A stretch of DNA of 63,544 bases, counting the filler, from Choristocarpus tenellus KU-1152 (Eukaryota; Protista; Phaeophyceae), in assembly GCA_964200185.2 (NCBI GenBank). It is 15 parts of 15 records of this genome, joined end to end, with 100 filler letters (N's around TTAATTAATTAA, not from the genome) between each part and the next. Parts side by side here need not be neighbours in the genome. Positions count along the whole stretch, not along the records: positions 21,933 to 27,095 come from CAXNAD020011651.1; positions 27,196 to 32,032 come from CAXNAD020012864.1; positions 32,133 to 35,057 come from CAXNAD020023612.1; positions 35,158 to 40,798 come from CAXNAD020010160.1; 11 more parts are not named here. The stretch is one strand, 5' to 3'. Below the pieces are notes generated by a model. The model saw only the letters and a program-made list of their open reading frames with translations, had not been told where the DNA came from and ran no database searches. Position numbers and translations under genes: made by a program. Shown here in pieces: positions 25,989 through 37,933 of the stretch; within the stretch, counting starts at the first letter, position 1, and each line of letters begins with the position of its first letter.

Positions 25989-26294
25989 ATTTTTATTAAT
26001 TATGCTCTCCGACATTTTGCAGATGTGCCAGGGGAAAAACCAATGAAAACTATTCACATATCTGAAAAATCCCTAGAGATGTAACAATTGTAACAAAAGC
26101 GAAAAATGTGAATCTATTTCCTATTTGACTACCACATATCTATGTTGTACTACTGATCTCCTGTATCCCAAACCTATTCCTGCACCCCAGGGTGAGGAGC
26201 TATGGAAGCATCCCATGAATCGAATAAACCCCTCCTTGCCCAACTCCTTGGTGACTCCAACTTAAAACGCATGGCCCGTCTAGATAGGACCACT
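25989..26294 (+). repeat. Dispersed repeat family: ATTTTGCAGATG..CAGGGGAAAAACC block plus a ~110-bp tail. Other copies at 56770-57077 (+), 56550-56670 (-, block only) and 40584-40690 (-, tail only)
   Basis: Shared cagggtgagg..cta.g.aagcatccc...cttaaaacgcatg...gatag..ccact in three places. Confidence 0.85.
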
Positions 26295-26952
26295 TGCATT
26301 GTTACTACGACAATCGTTTATTATGTTTTGTAGTACTGTTAATGTTGGTTATTCATTTTGCACGATTATGTAATGAAGATGTCTATATAATGTCATGTCG
26401 TATAGATAATGTTACTGTAACCGCACCAGTTACACAGTTTCCCAATTATTCCTGGGCGAGTTCCTCTTAGCTTGCCCATGGAACCAACCCTTGAAATAAC
26501 ACTTTTCACTTTGAACTACTTCATTACAAGTGTTCAATACTGCTACCACGACTAGAAATAATAATAATAGTAAGAACTACAAAAATAATACCAAAAATAC
26601 CAACAACAAAATCATAATCACAATCACAATCACAACCACAGTAAAAATGAAGATAACCAGAATAATCAAATATCAATGATCGTAATAATCATAATCATAT
26701 AAATCAAATATCATAATGGTAATAAAGGCTATATAATCCAAGCAATGAAAATTGTAATGGGGCGTGGTCCTGTGTGAGATGAAAATAATGATAATAATGA
26801 TTTTCATTGTTTTTTCCCGACACATCTCCAAAATGTCACAGAGCATATGAATAAAAAATGACGATGATGACAACAATAAAAAATATGAATAATGAAAAAA
26901 AATAATAATAATATGAATTCGTCCATTTTTTAGATGTATTTTTTTCTAATTA

Positions 26953-27095
26953 CAGTACCTACACCGATTTTATACCAAATATTATATACCAAACCCATTT
27001 TGTACCGCTTTTTTCGACATACTAAAAAAATAGGCTTTTGTACCGGAATTCTCGTATTCGGGCGACTTGGTACAAACTCGGGGAGATATTCACGC
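26953..27095 (+). mobile_element. DNA-transposon terminal inverted repeat (TA|CAGTACCTAC..., Tc1/mariner/pogo-type), cut by the contig end
   Basis: About 75 bp is the reverse complement of 29605-29681; preceded by TA; repeated TTT(G/A)TACC motifs. Confidence 0.8.
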
Positions 27096-27195
27096 NNNNN
27101 NNNNNNNNNNNNNNNNNNNNNNNNNNNNNNNNNNNNNNNTTAATTAATTAANNNNNNNNNNNNNNNNNNNNNNNNNNNNNNNNNNNNNNNNNNNN

Positions 27196-28572
27196 GAAAG
27201 GCAATGGGACACGATGAGGTGACCGTTTTCGTTGCAAAGACCTTGGCGACGGACTTCGGCTACCAGATGGAGGTGAATGTGGTATAGAATGCACTGCGTT
27301 ACATATTTTGTGAAGAACGAACGGCAAAGTCAACATCTTGGCACGCAGAATTTTAAAAAAAATAATTCCAGAGTCCACACCTATCTAATGCAGCACCCCA
27401 ATACGTCGCGTATAAAAATATGGGCCTTGCGGGTAAGTATTTTATCCGTCGTGTCTTCAACGTTAGCCAAAATATCGTAGATGGTACGACCACATCCATT
27501 TGGGGGCCAAAACCCAATGTTGCGATTTTGATGTTATTTTGGGATCGTGTTTGTTAGGAAGCGTCAATATCTATGTTTCGGACGCACATATTCATAACGT
27601 ATACATTTTACCTACTCCCAAACGTTTCAGATTAGGTAAAACGTCCTAAAAAAAAATGTGAAGCCAAGCACCAAATGGACAAACAGGCCAAAACTCGTAC
27701 CCTCCAAGATACTTTCGCTCACGTTTGCCACAATATGGTTGAAGTTATTGCACCACCTTCGGACGAGATTACCTCAAAAAAGCATTACATTCCGCCGTCT
27801 TTGTCTTCCGCAATGCTCAGGCGCATGCAAGCTCATCCTCGAATCCCGCAGAAATGGCCTTATTCCCGCTTGAAGGGAAAGACTACAAGATTGGCGCAAA
27901 TGACCTCCCTGCGTGGGGTAATCTCGTAGTGCGCAACTCTCGATCAGAGACCTTCTGTTCAATCTCTCTTAAAGACCAAGAAAAACAGTGCATTCGGCTG
28001 CTTCATGTGGCCAACAACAGACAACTCAAGCGCATGCTTTCGCCTGGAATGGAGGTGTGTGGGTCGCGCGCAGAGCTCTACTTGCGCGTGGCAGCCACTT
28101 GCCCTCTCTACTACATGCGTTGGACCGAGAAAGGAGACGACGCCAACATTAAATCTCCTCAAAAGTTCCGCAGAGCAGAAGCCGTGACCAGGTCCTCCTC
28201 CCCTTCTCCCAGGTTGGCCCCGGGGAGATGTTCGTCACGCCCGTTGTCGGGAGGGTGTACAAACCCTGGGCAAAGGATGACACGAGATCACCATTCTATG
28301 TGCTCCCGGGTGTTACGATAGTGCGTTCTCATGGGTTCGAAGTGATGGATTCGTACTCGGACTTGACGAAAATGACCAATAGAAAGCGCAAGTGTCCCTC
28401 TTCCCGCATGGGTGGAAAGGGGAAAGGTTGTGAGGTATGGAGGGGCGCAGATGATTCTGCCATGGAAGACGAGCCGGAGTATGTCGGCGACGCAGAGGAG
28501 GATGAAGAGGAAAAAGAGGATGATGAAGTATATGATAGAGAGGAGGGTGAACAGGATGACGAACAGGAGTAA
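27196..28572 (+). pseudogene. Second diverged copy of the NLS/acidic-tail ORF
   Basis: LLHVANNRQLKRMLSPGMEVCG..ELYLRVAATCPLYYMRWTEK..RKRKCPSS..EEDEEEKEDDE vs copy 1; homology continues to 28925 (matching 21832). Confidence 0.75.
27464..27720 (+). mobile_element. MITE family A, full copy, ACGT target duplication
   Basis: acgt|TAGCCAAAATATC...GATACTTTCGCTC|acgt; absent from the paralogous site near 20815. Confidence 0.85.
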
Positions 28573-28573
28573 G

Positions 28574-28836
28574 GAGTGAAACGATCGTAGAGGGTACGAA
28601 TGTTTCCCTGTTTATCCATTTGTGGGGCTTGGCTTCCCATTAGTTTTATTATGACATTTTCCCCCTCCAAAATGTTTGGTAGTAGGTAAAATTTATACGT
28701 CATGAAAAAGTGTGTCCGAGACATAGATATATCGACACTTCCTAACAAACACGACAGCCAAAATTACATCAAAATCACAATATTGTATTTTGACCCCCAA
28801 ATGGATGCGGCTCTACCCTATAAGATACTTTGGCTC
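28574..28836 (-). mobile_element. MITE family A, full copy, AAG target duplication
   Basis: aag|GAGTGAAAC...GATACTTTGGCTC|aag; empty paralogous site at 21741. Confidence 0.9.
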
Positions 28837-28952
28837 AAGAAGAGAATCGGGACGAGGGGCGGGAAGGAGGGGGAGGTGGAGAGGCGGGCGGGCGCACACG
28901 TTGGTAAAGTAATGATTGACCAACGGTAAACAGAGCACATGGGAGTGTTTTA

Positions 28953-29062
28953 CACGAACAACTTGCTTGAACTAACTACTGGACGAATGAGACATCATCA
29001 ACATTGTTGTTAAATGTTGATGATGCCTCCTTCGTCCAGTAGTTAGTTCAAGCATGTTCGTG
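28953..29062. other. Long foldback hairpin: 42-bp stem with 2 mismatches, 7-nt loop, plus an 8-bp extension
   Basis: Arms 28964-29005 and 29013-29054; cacgaaca/tgttcgtg outside them. Confidence 0.95.
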
Positions 29063-29604
29063 CCTGTTGAACTCCTCATACATGCTTACCAGAGTCGGCG
29101 CCCATTCTGCTTCAGGTGATGTGCACAGTTTCGCGCGGTGGCGGGGGGAGGAGGGATACAACGAATGAGCAGGAAATTGATAAACTGGTGTTTTTCTTAT
29201 TTCATGTGAAAGAAGATTTTTTCTAAAATCATATTTTTGCTCTGGGCTGTTGTCGCCTCATTCTCCCTCTTCTCCCTGTTGTTCTCTTGCGATATGTGAC
29301 AAGTCAAACAAGTTTCCCGAAAAAATAGATAGATACACATCGGCGTATCTGACAGGGGGTGGGAGGAGGGGGGGCAGATTGCAACAAACGATAATTCGGG
29401 CATGACTGAGATATTCGTAGAAAGAGATCGATCATCACATAATGTCAACACTTACAAGCGCTGAGCGTTAGCTTCTACTCGGGGACGATAGCAATAATTG
29501 ATAAACAATTTAATAATATGATAAAAAATAACACTTCTTCTCACTCGGTTGACCATCCATAAAGACGATGAAACGCCACCCCGAAAGAAACTACATCTAA
29601 GTGC

Positions 29605-29681
29605 TATTTTTTTTAGCATGTCAAAAAAGCGGTACAAAATTTAATATTTTCAGATTTGGCACAAAATCGGAGTAGGTACTG
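29605..29681 (-). mobile_element. Opposite terminal inverted repeat (...GGAGTAGGTACTG|TA)
   Basis: Reverse complement of 26953-27030; followed by TA. Confidence 0.8.
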
Positions 29682-30593
29682 TATTTATCATCAATTAAAT
29701 ATGTCCTACTACCACCTTTGGCATGGATTCCCATTCAAAAAGGGGCCCTAAAAAGGTTTTATGATATTTACAAAAAAAAACATATGGGCACTTTCCGCAC
29801 ACCATTTCAGTCAAACCCATCCTCCATGAAATGATTCATCCGCCATTATCATGATCCGCTGTTATTAGGAGGAGGTGCCGACTATGCAGGACAACCTGGT
29901 AAGACACACCACCCACATACATCGCTATATTATACATGTACACTACTCGGAGTAAATCCTGATAAAGACACTATTGCTGTACCCACAGAAGTATTTATCT
30001 CCTGGGCACCTACCTAATTCGAAAGTTCACAACGAACTTCGTGCTTCCAGTGGGATCCATTCCCCCCGATGAAGGTATGTTTCAAGCATCTATATTATTA
30101 TAGTCTCTTCATCTTCACAACTCGAAACTATCTTAGGTGTTGGCTAAAACAAACACCAAGGGATGTAGCAGTGCCATAGAGCAAATAATTCCTAGAGATG
30201 GAGAAGTGACACAGCAAGTACTAAGGTCTGTATGGTTGAAATAGCTAAGCATATCAAGTAGCCTTGCTGCTACAATTTTCTCAACGCAAGTAATTCTAGA
30301 ATGGGAGAGTACTCACCTCTACCGTGAAACCTAGGATCTCACTCTGATCTTACTCTGGTAACTGTTTTTCCTTGTCTTACAAAGTTCTTGGTGAAGGCAA
30401 CCATAGCACCAATAAATTGAGAGCGCTGAGATCTTGTGCCATTCATACAATTACAACAGATTGTAGTTCGCAGCATTTTTGATCTGAATTCGATCAAACA
30501 CAAAGCCCGTGTTGAACAAGTAGTACCTCATGATAACACTACCAATCACACAACAAATACATTGATCACATACCAACAAAATGTTTTACTTTG

Positions 30594-30803
30594 CTACCCT
30601 GTAGCAACCTCTAATTGTTGGGATTGCAAGAATGCGAGATCATTCAAAAACGCCTCCAAATGTGATGAGAATGTTGGTGCATCCAAGTGGGAACCCGCTT
30701 GCCAAGGTGCTGCCAGAGCATCACGTTGAGACAGTCCAAGCCTCGGGTAGAAGGTCCCCAGGAAGCATGGTAGGAACTTACGTGCAAAAGTCTCATGATC
30801 AAC
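30594..30803 (-). CDS. XPO6: Exportin-6-like protein, last exon
   Basis: CAG|VDHETFARKFLPCFL...LDAPTFSSHLEAFLNDLAFLQSQQ..stop resembles the XPO6 C-terminus (VDFDGFFAAFLPEFL...DLPSFTQNVHRLVNDLRYY, from memory). Confidence 0.75.
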   Translation of the reverse strand, partial: VDHETFARKFLPCFLGTFYPRLGLSQRDALAAPWQAGSHLDAPTFSSHLEAFLNDLAFLQSQQLEVATG

Positions 30804-31065
30804 CTGTTTGAAAACCATGTGTTTGTTTGTACGACATGATGTCCAAGCAAACAAGGAGAGGAAAGAGCCGATCAATTACTTGCTGATGTCAGCGTCAGGG
30901 AGTTGGAAGTGGTACCAAAATGACACAACACTCCAATAAACAATGCACCCAACCTGCAAACACTTCTCATCTGCTCTACGTGTCCTCACGCCCACAGAAA
31001 CCACTCCAAACCCTGCCAATGCTTCCCCACCCTAACCCTAAATCCACGAAGGTGAAAGACCATAC

Positions 31066-31617
31066 CTTGGCGAGCCTGAAGACCAGCCCCCCTAACTCCT
31101 CCCGAAGGGTGGGTTGCTCTCCCTCCCCCAGTCCCAGCAGAGCATTTTCAAGAAATGACTCAAGCCACATGGAGAAAAAGGGTGGGAATCGAAATAGCCC
31201 CACAGATCGGTCAGCCTCATCTAGCACCCCAAGAGATTGTTTAACCACATCTGGTGGGACCACTGAACCCCTCCTGTGGAATCCCACGCTACCACCATCG
31301 GTGCTGATCCCCACAGCAGCTGAATGTATTGGTGCTTCAGAAGATGGATGTCTTCGGCTAGCTGGTACAAGCAGGATATGAAGGACTGACATGATGCGAG
31401 AGAAGTAGGCGGCCATTGACTCAGAGGAAAATGTCTTTTGCTCTTGGGCTGATTGTAAAGCAGCTGTGAGAGAGGCAGCACCCGCCTGGGAGAGAGGTAA
31501 AAAGGGGTTCAGGATTGAAAATGCTTTGTTTTTGCGATTGACACCCGAAGTGGCATTGGAAGAACCTGGACGAGGGTTACAAAAAGATTTGAATGGGCGA
31601 AGGGTACCTGTCGCCAT
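31066..31617 (-). CDS. XPO6: Exportin-6-like protein, penultimate exon (5' boundary approximate)
   Basis: YFSRIM...PDVVKQSLGVLDEADRSVGLFRFPPF..WLESFLENALLGL..PTLREELGGLVFRLAK|GT; splices in phase 0 to 30803. Confidence 0.72.
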
Positions 31618-31956
31618 AACTTAGGAACTGTATTGGAACCTTGAAATAATAGGCCCACCAATGTTCTCATTTCAAGCAAGGAAACTTAAGTACAGAACTT
31701 AGGAACACCAGTATTTGATGAAAGGGCGTTCTGAAACAAAAGTCTGAAAAATAAAATGATATCACAAACACAAACATAAACACACACACAAGCACATACA
31801 CACACAAACACAATTGAGGTCAAGAGAAAGTGGTAAAAGAGGCTACCATACACAACTTTTTGGACGGGAAAATTGCACATTGCAACAAAAAAACCCTCCA
31901 TATCACTTTTCCTAGTGGCAACAACTACTGTTTTAGTGAACAGCTTGTGCACACCT

Positions 31957-32032
31957 GGCTCAAAGTATCTGGGGGAGGGGGGGGGGGGGGGGAAGCGGTC
32001 CACTCAGGGACCATTTGTCAAAGTCGGGTATT
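31957..32032 (-). mobile_element. MITE family B end at contig break
   Basis: GGCTCAAAGTATCT followed by poly-G. Confidence 0.75.
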
Positions 32033-32399
32033 NNNNNNNNNNNNNNNNNNNNNNNNNNNNNNNNNNNNNNNNNNNNTTAATTAATTAANNNNNNNNNNNN
32101 NNNNNNNNNNNNNNNNNNNNNNNNNNNNNNNNGCACCATTTTGGGTCAAACCCATCCTCCATAGTATGCTCCATCCTCCATTTCGCTGAGAGGCTGTTAT
32201 GTGTCAAATCCCCAGCATCACAAACATAGACGCACTCTATTCATGGTGCCGTTGTCAAATTCTTGGCCTGTTCGTATCTTTCCAGTCACACCAGAATCTA
32301 CGATGTATTTCAAAAAGAGTGGAGAATGTGTACAGTGAGTTTGATTTGGGTGTGGTGTTACACAAAAGAGCGATCCTTCTTTGGTACATACGGCATGAT

Positions 32400-34000
32400 G
32401 GCTGGCTGGAGAGGTTGAAGTTGGGAAGTAAGTCGTTCAGAGTCTCGACTTCGCCACTCAAGCTAACAGGGTCCTGAAGCATTTACTCTTACAAACGATC
32501 TGTCACCGACACCGCTACTATGCCAAGCAGGTGACTTACCCATTGATTTGAAAAAGAATCCTTCAGCCTCTAGCCAGAACCACACAGTAAAAAAGAGCAC
32601 AATCCAGAAAGGTGAAACACGAGCCAACATTATGACAGCGGGTACTCACCCGAACAAGAACCTTGTCCCGACACGTATGCTGTAAAAAAATCAAAGCGAC
32701 TTTGTGAGCTACTATCAGACGTATCTTGTGAGGGCAAAGAAAAGCAGATCCAGTGCTGCAATCTACCCTCCTCATACTTCAGACGATAAACCGTAACACG
32801 TACGATGCTGGACTCATTCTAGCAATACTAACATTTCTACTGGGCATCATATCACCAAAATCATTTCAGGAGATACGCGAAGTTGGTCAAAACTAACTGC
32901 TGCTGTACCAAGGTGTTTGTCGACATCTCCTGGAGTTTGAGCAGGAGGTCGTTTGGTGTAAGTGTAAAACATACCATGCGCAAAAAACCCGTTGGTTTGA
33001 GAAAAGAGACTGAGACCTACCTGTTGGCAAAGCCACTAAGACGTACCCATCAGGAGAGGTTATGTGTGGGTCTCTGCATAAACTCCGACACAAATCAGCT
33101 TACTCACGCATGTATAAAAAATACATGCAGTACGTACTTGCTATGTATGTGGGAAGAAAATGTACAAATACTACAACACCTTGAAAGAAGAATTTTTTAT
33201 TTGTCCCAGCTTCCCTCCTTCTACCATATATTGTGTAAGCTCCGACAAAGACTGATTGAGGGGTGTTGTGTGCAACTAAGCAAGCTGTAAACCAGAATGT
33301 ATACACCATAACCAATGGTATGCTCTGCTCCTGTCCTTGCAATCTGTGCTACGTGATGTTACTCAGCCAATAGGGTACAACAGGATATGCCTTCACATCA
33401 ACCTCCCCTACCCCCTCAATCTGATCTCAGGCTTGGAAGACTCTCATTATCACATCGCCTTTACACTAGAAGTTACACACAGCGTACAGCTTATCACTCA
33501 CCTCACAATGCCATCACTATCTTGCTCAAATCCAGTCAACAGAAACTCATACCATGCTAGAGAGGGGTCGCTCAACAAGACCCTTTCGAGCATAAAGAGT
33601 ACGAAAAAATGTCGTGGTGACATGTCCAAAATGCACGCTACACCTCATCCCCTTCAGGAGGCCGCAACTAACTACGGAAAATAAGACAAATATTCATCCA
33701 CACAAACGTGAAACAATCTTTAGGAGTGCTAGGAGTACGTGTGCTAGAAGGCAGACACAGATGCCCCTTGCAGTCAACGGCACCCACCCCTAGGATACCA
33801 TGGCTCACAACAACTACATATCCGATACACATACTCCAGAGTGCAACAACAGCCTGCAAGGGTGGAGGAAAACCCATCCTTCTATTCTGCCTCCCTGCCC
33901 CCATTCCTCGGGAAACCTTGGTATCACCTGCTGCTACATACCGAAGCCACAAAGTTAAAATACACCAAGCTGTAATGAAAGCAACAGTCAATGGAGTAGT
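32400..34000 (-). mobile_element. Possible highly degenerate LINE ORF2 remnant
   Basis: 'IAALDL..AF..KIRL' (RT DxxKAFD-like) and 'AGDTKV..NRRM' (APE GDFN-like); weak. Confidence 0.35.
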
Positions 34001-34988
34001 TAGTGCTTGTGTGCGTTGATGCTGACTCAGTGGTTCTACGCCACTTCAAGCAATCACAGCCAGGCACGCACGCATATCACTGGTAAGCCTTGCAAAAATG
34101 TTGATGTTGATAGCGCTTAAGAATACCTGTAGGGATGTGGATGAATAACCTCCCCCGCCCCCCGCCTCATCACCCTGACCTGGACCAACCACCAGACGTC
34201 AATTGCATATGGACACCACCAAAATAATCAACAGAAGAACCCCGCCTCTTGAAAATTCCTTACATACACGAAAAAGATTTAAAAAAAGAAAAAAAAAATG
34301 GAAGTTTTAACACAATTTCCCAAACTCTCTTCAGTGACTGCATCACAAGTCGGCTTTCGCCGGGCAAACCAACCCATAGTACCAGTTGCAGTCCCAGCCC
34401 CCAATCAAGCAACCCTCTCATAATCGCATAATTGTCCAAAAAAGGGGTCTCTTCCCTCTCACAACGCCCTCGACAGCCACTCTGAGAGCAACCCACTGTG
34501 TGGTAACCCCTGATGCACACAGCAGGACAAAGGACACAATCCACCACCTGCAGCGCATTGCACCACTTATAATGAATACATGGCCTAAAAAACAGGACTA
34601 TTATGAACACACCTATCATTTCAGTCATGCAAACGGCGCGATCTATAAACCATCAACAAACTGTCAGGCGATTGCAACACCTTACTCAGGCGTAGTCATT
34701 CCCGAAGGGACCCAGCTCTGTCCCCATGTCGTCCCCCCCAGCCATGCCCATGTAGCGAACACGTGGCTGCTGGTCGCGGTTCTTGTATCTGGTCAACAAA
34801 TAGAGAATCAACAGCAAGCAGCGGAGCACACGTAGGCGGCGGTTGACTTGATGAACAGATCACAAGCAGAGCAACACAGCACAGCACACACTATGTAATT
34901 ACTAAGAGAGGTACACCTAACTAGCAGCACAAAATGAAACAGGCATATACGTAAGGATTGGGAACAATTTCACAAGAGAAATGAAATC

Positions 34989-35026
<38 letters not shown>

Positions 35027-35189
35027 ACCCACCCCCCCCCAAAAAAAACAAAAAACCNNNNNNNNNNNNNNNNNNNNNNNNNNNNNNNNNNNNNNNNNNN
35101 NTTAATTAATTAANNNNNNNNNNNNNNNNNNNNNNNNNNNNNNNNNNNNNNNNNNNNGGTGTGAAATAGTGGTGGAGGTTGGGTGTATT

Positions 35190-35437
35190 CGCCTGACCAG
35201 GACATCCCCCCCCTTGTTCAGTAGCACGGGCCAAGGGCCCAGCTCAGTACCCCCTAACCCTTCGGAGTCTGCTGTGGCAGTAAGGTTTGCATCACCAGAA
35301 AAGTTGAGGACACCTTCATTCTGAAAAGTTCCGCCCCATCCATCAGCTAGAGGAGCTGACCATTCCGCATAAGCCCCTTTGGCATTGATAAGCGTCACTC
35401 CATTCAGGAGTCCTACAGTGCCATCACCTCCGGAAAC
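35190..35437 (-). CDS. C-type-lectin-domain protein, downstream exon (3' boundary uncertain)
   Basis: AAG|VSGGDGTVGLLNGVTLIN..FQNEGVLNFSG; Gly/Asn-rich beta-type repeats. Confidence 0.65.
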
Positions 35438-36409
35438 CTTTTAGAAGAAAAATTGGAGAGTTGGTATGGTGTTGCAGTGAAATAGAGTGTGGTTCTAGGA
35501 CTGGATGTTGAGCACACACCTCTAAAGGATACTGACTAGCACATGGAAGTAACTCTGAAAAGAGGATACACTGCATAGCACACTTGCATTGTGACAAAAC
35601 TCAGAAAAAAGAAAGTGATAATGAAGTAAAAGAAATAATAAAATATACACAACACTTGTGTGCGGGAGAGACATACGGAAAGGCAAACAGAAAGAGATAG
35701 GGAAGCACAAGTTCCCCTGTCGTATGAACAACTTGAACCATTTTCAGGACCACCGCTGCTCTATTGCTAAAGAAGGGGCAACTAAGCGCATCCTCTTTTC
35801 CTTTCCACAATGGTAATGAAACCGAGACTCAGGTTCTAGTGTTTCCACTTCGAATAGATGCTTGAGGATGACTCTTCAGGATGAAGCTATGCCGGACACA
35901 TAGTTCTCCCTTGCAACAACCGCAACCAGCAAAACAAACAAGAATATAAAAAATCATCATGAACTCTTTATCACTTCCATACCAAGTGTACAAGCATGAG
36001 AACAAATATAATATAGTCATTCTCAACATTTCTGAAGTTTGAGAGAGACAACTGAGAAAGGCAACAAGAAAATAAAAAGATTTTGTAGGAAGTGATATGT
36101 GCGATGATTTGACAGTATCAAACAACAGATGATGAATGGTATGTTGTGTGCATTATAAGAGCTCACCATGACTTGTGCACTGTCACTCCTTAAAAAATTG
36201 CACTTGCATAAAGGCATAATGAATCAACCCAAACAGCATTCCAACCTCTACCAAGTGCCAGTGATTCCTACAAGGGAGTGTGCAACACCATTTACCATTT
36301 TTCTCAACACATACACAATTTCTTATCTCCCCAGCCTGCCTCTAACCCTAACCCTATATTGCCTCATGTTACTCCCAACTGCACCTGTACCTAACCTCTG
36401 CCAACTCAC

Positions 36410-36628
36410 ACGGGTAATGCTCTTGCTGTTCACAGTCCCAACCCCAAGAAGGTAGCCTCCTGCAATATGAAGCAGTGACGAAACTGTCAGCAAGTAGGGA
36501 GTGGTGAACCCGAATGCCTGGCACACAAACGGCTTCTCAGAAGTGCAGTCTGCATCATTCCACTTCCCTTCTACCTGATCCATTGGGCGCCACCTCGTTC
36601 CCCTCATCAGCACACAATCTTCTCCTCC
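36410..36628 (-). CDS. C-type-lectin-domain protein exon (C-terminal half of the CTLD)
   Basis: GEDCVLM...GKWNDADCTSEKPFVCQ; CAG/GTGAG boundaries. Confidence 0.88.
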
Positions 36629-37121
36629 CTGCTGATAGTACAGCCACACCAAACATACATGGGAATATCATTGGTACACAACTAATGGATGACACAAATA
36701 TGGGCCATAAAAGGGAATATATATATATATATATATGTATATGATATGGTTTGGACGAGCCTGTGTGTCATGAAAGACAAAATGCAACTGCTTGAGTCCC
36801 ATATATCTTATAAAAATCGTAGTTGATTTCTGATGGATTCTATTCACAAAGCACTACACTTATATTATCACTAATATAATAAAGCAAGAGAGATCAACAC
36901 TTTGAACATCTCTACAGGCAAAGGTCAACACATACATGCACACTTTGTTTCTACCAAGAAATGTGAATTCAAACTTAGTAAATCGTCACGAACATGGTTT
37001 GAATTCTTTGTGGTTTGACTCAGAGGGATTGTCATATTGCTAATCATGGACAAAAGACATGTTAGGACCAGGAGCGAGGAGCAGACAGCCAAGCTATGGA
37101 CATTCAATCAATATATTTCAC

Positions 37122-37650
37122 CTTCGAATGCCTCACGCTGTTGGGTTCGCGTCGAGCCCAAGAACGATATCTTGTCTCTCCACCAATGGGCCCAGCACTT
37201 TCGGGACCTGTCCACTCAAAATCATAATTTCCCCCATCCTCATCACCAACTCCTATGATCCTCCTGGACAATCCCTATCCAGCAGTCCCTATTCGCCAGG
37301 TCTGCCCTGCAAAGTCTTGATGCCCATTGGTTTTCATGAATGCTTTGGATAACTGCCAATCGGCCAGAAAATGCACCACCTCCAAACAGTGCTGATGCTG
37401 CTTCACTGGCACAATGTTCATTCGCAGACTTCCAGTTCTTACTTGCGCCAAAGACACGCCAACACTTCATTCGTCGATTGTACATAGCAAAGTCAAGAGT
37501 ACTATTGACAGTGAGTTCCCCAGGTGCAGGGGTCCAACCAGGTGGACAAGTGGATGTATGCGTAACTAATGCTCCACCGCCCATGAGCAAGGTGGATACA
37601 GTGACATTTGTTGACATGACCACCAGGCCGCTGTCCACAGGAAAAACTAC
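37122..37650 (-). CDS. C-type-lectin-domain protein exon (N-terminal half of the CTLD), with a 1-bp frameshift near 37274
   Basis: CPPGW..KCWRVF..KNWKSANEHC..LAVIQSIHENQW..CWIG, then in a shifted frame LSRR..FEWTG..YRSWARREPN..K|GT. Confidence 0.82.
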
Positions 37651-37860
37651 CTGAAGTACACACACAGTTACAATATTCGATATTACGAATAAGTTAATTT
37701 CTTCCTGTAAAGCCTCGCACAGGTTCTCATAGGATCTTTCCAAGACTTAGATCCTACATAATTATAAGACCTCATCTACTAATGGAAGCTACGAAGAAGA
37801 GCTCAAGCTTCTCACCATGTAACGACACGTTATTGATAGATCAATCGTGCATAACCTCAC

Positions 37861-37933
37861 ATCATCAGACTCCGCTGGAATTACACCTGCCACCCAGTTT
37901 TCAGCCTCACCCCATGAGCCATACGTCGTCAGC
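37861..37933 (-). CDS. Upstream exon of the lectin gene
   Basis: GSWGEAENWVAGVIPAESDD|GTGAG joins VVFP in phase 0. Confidence 0.65.
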
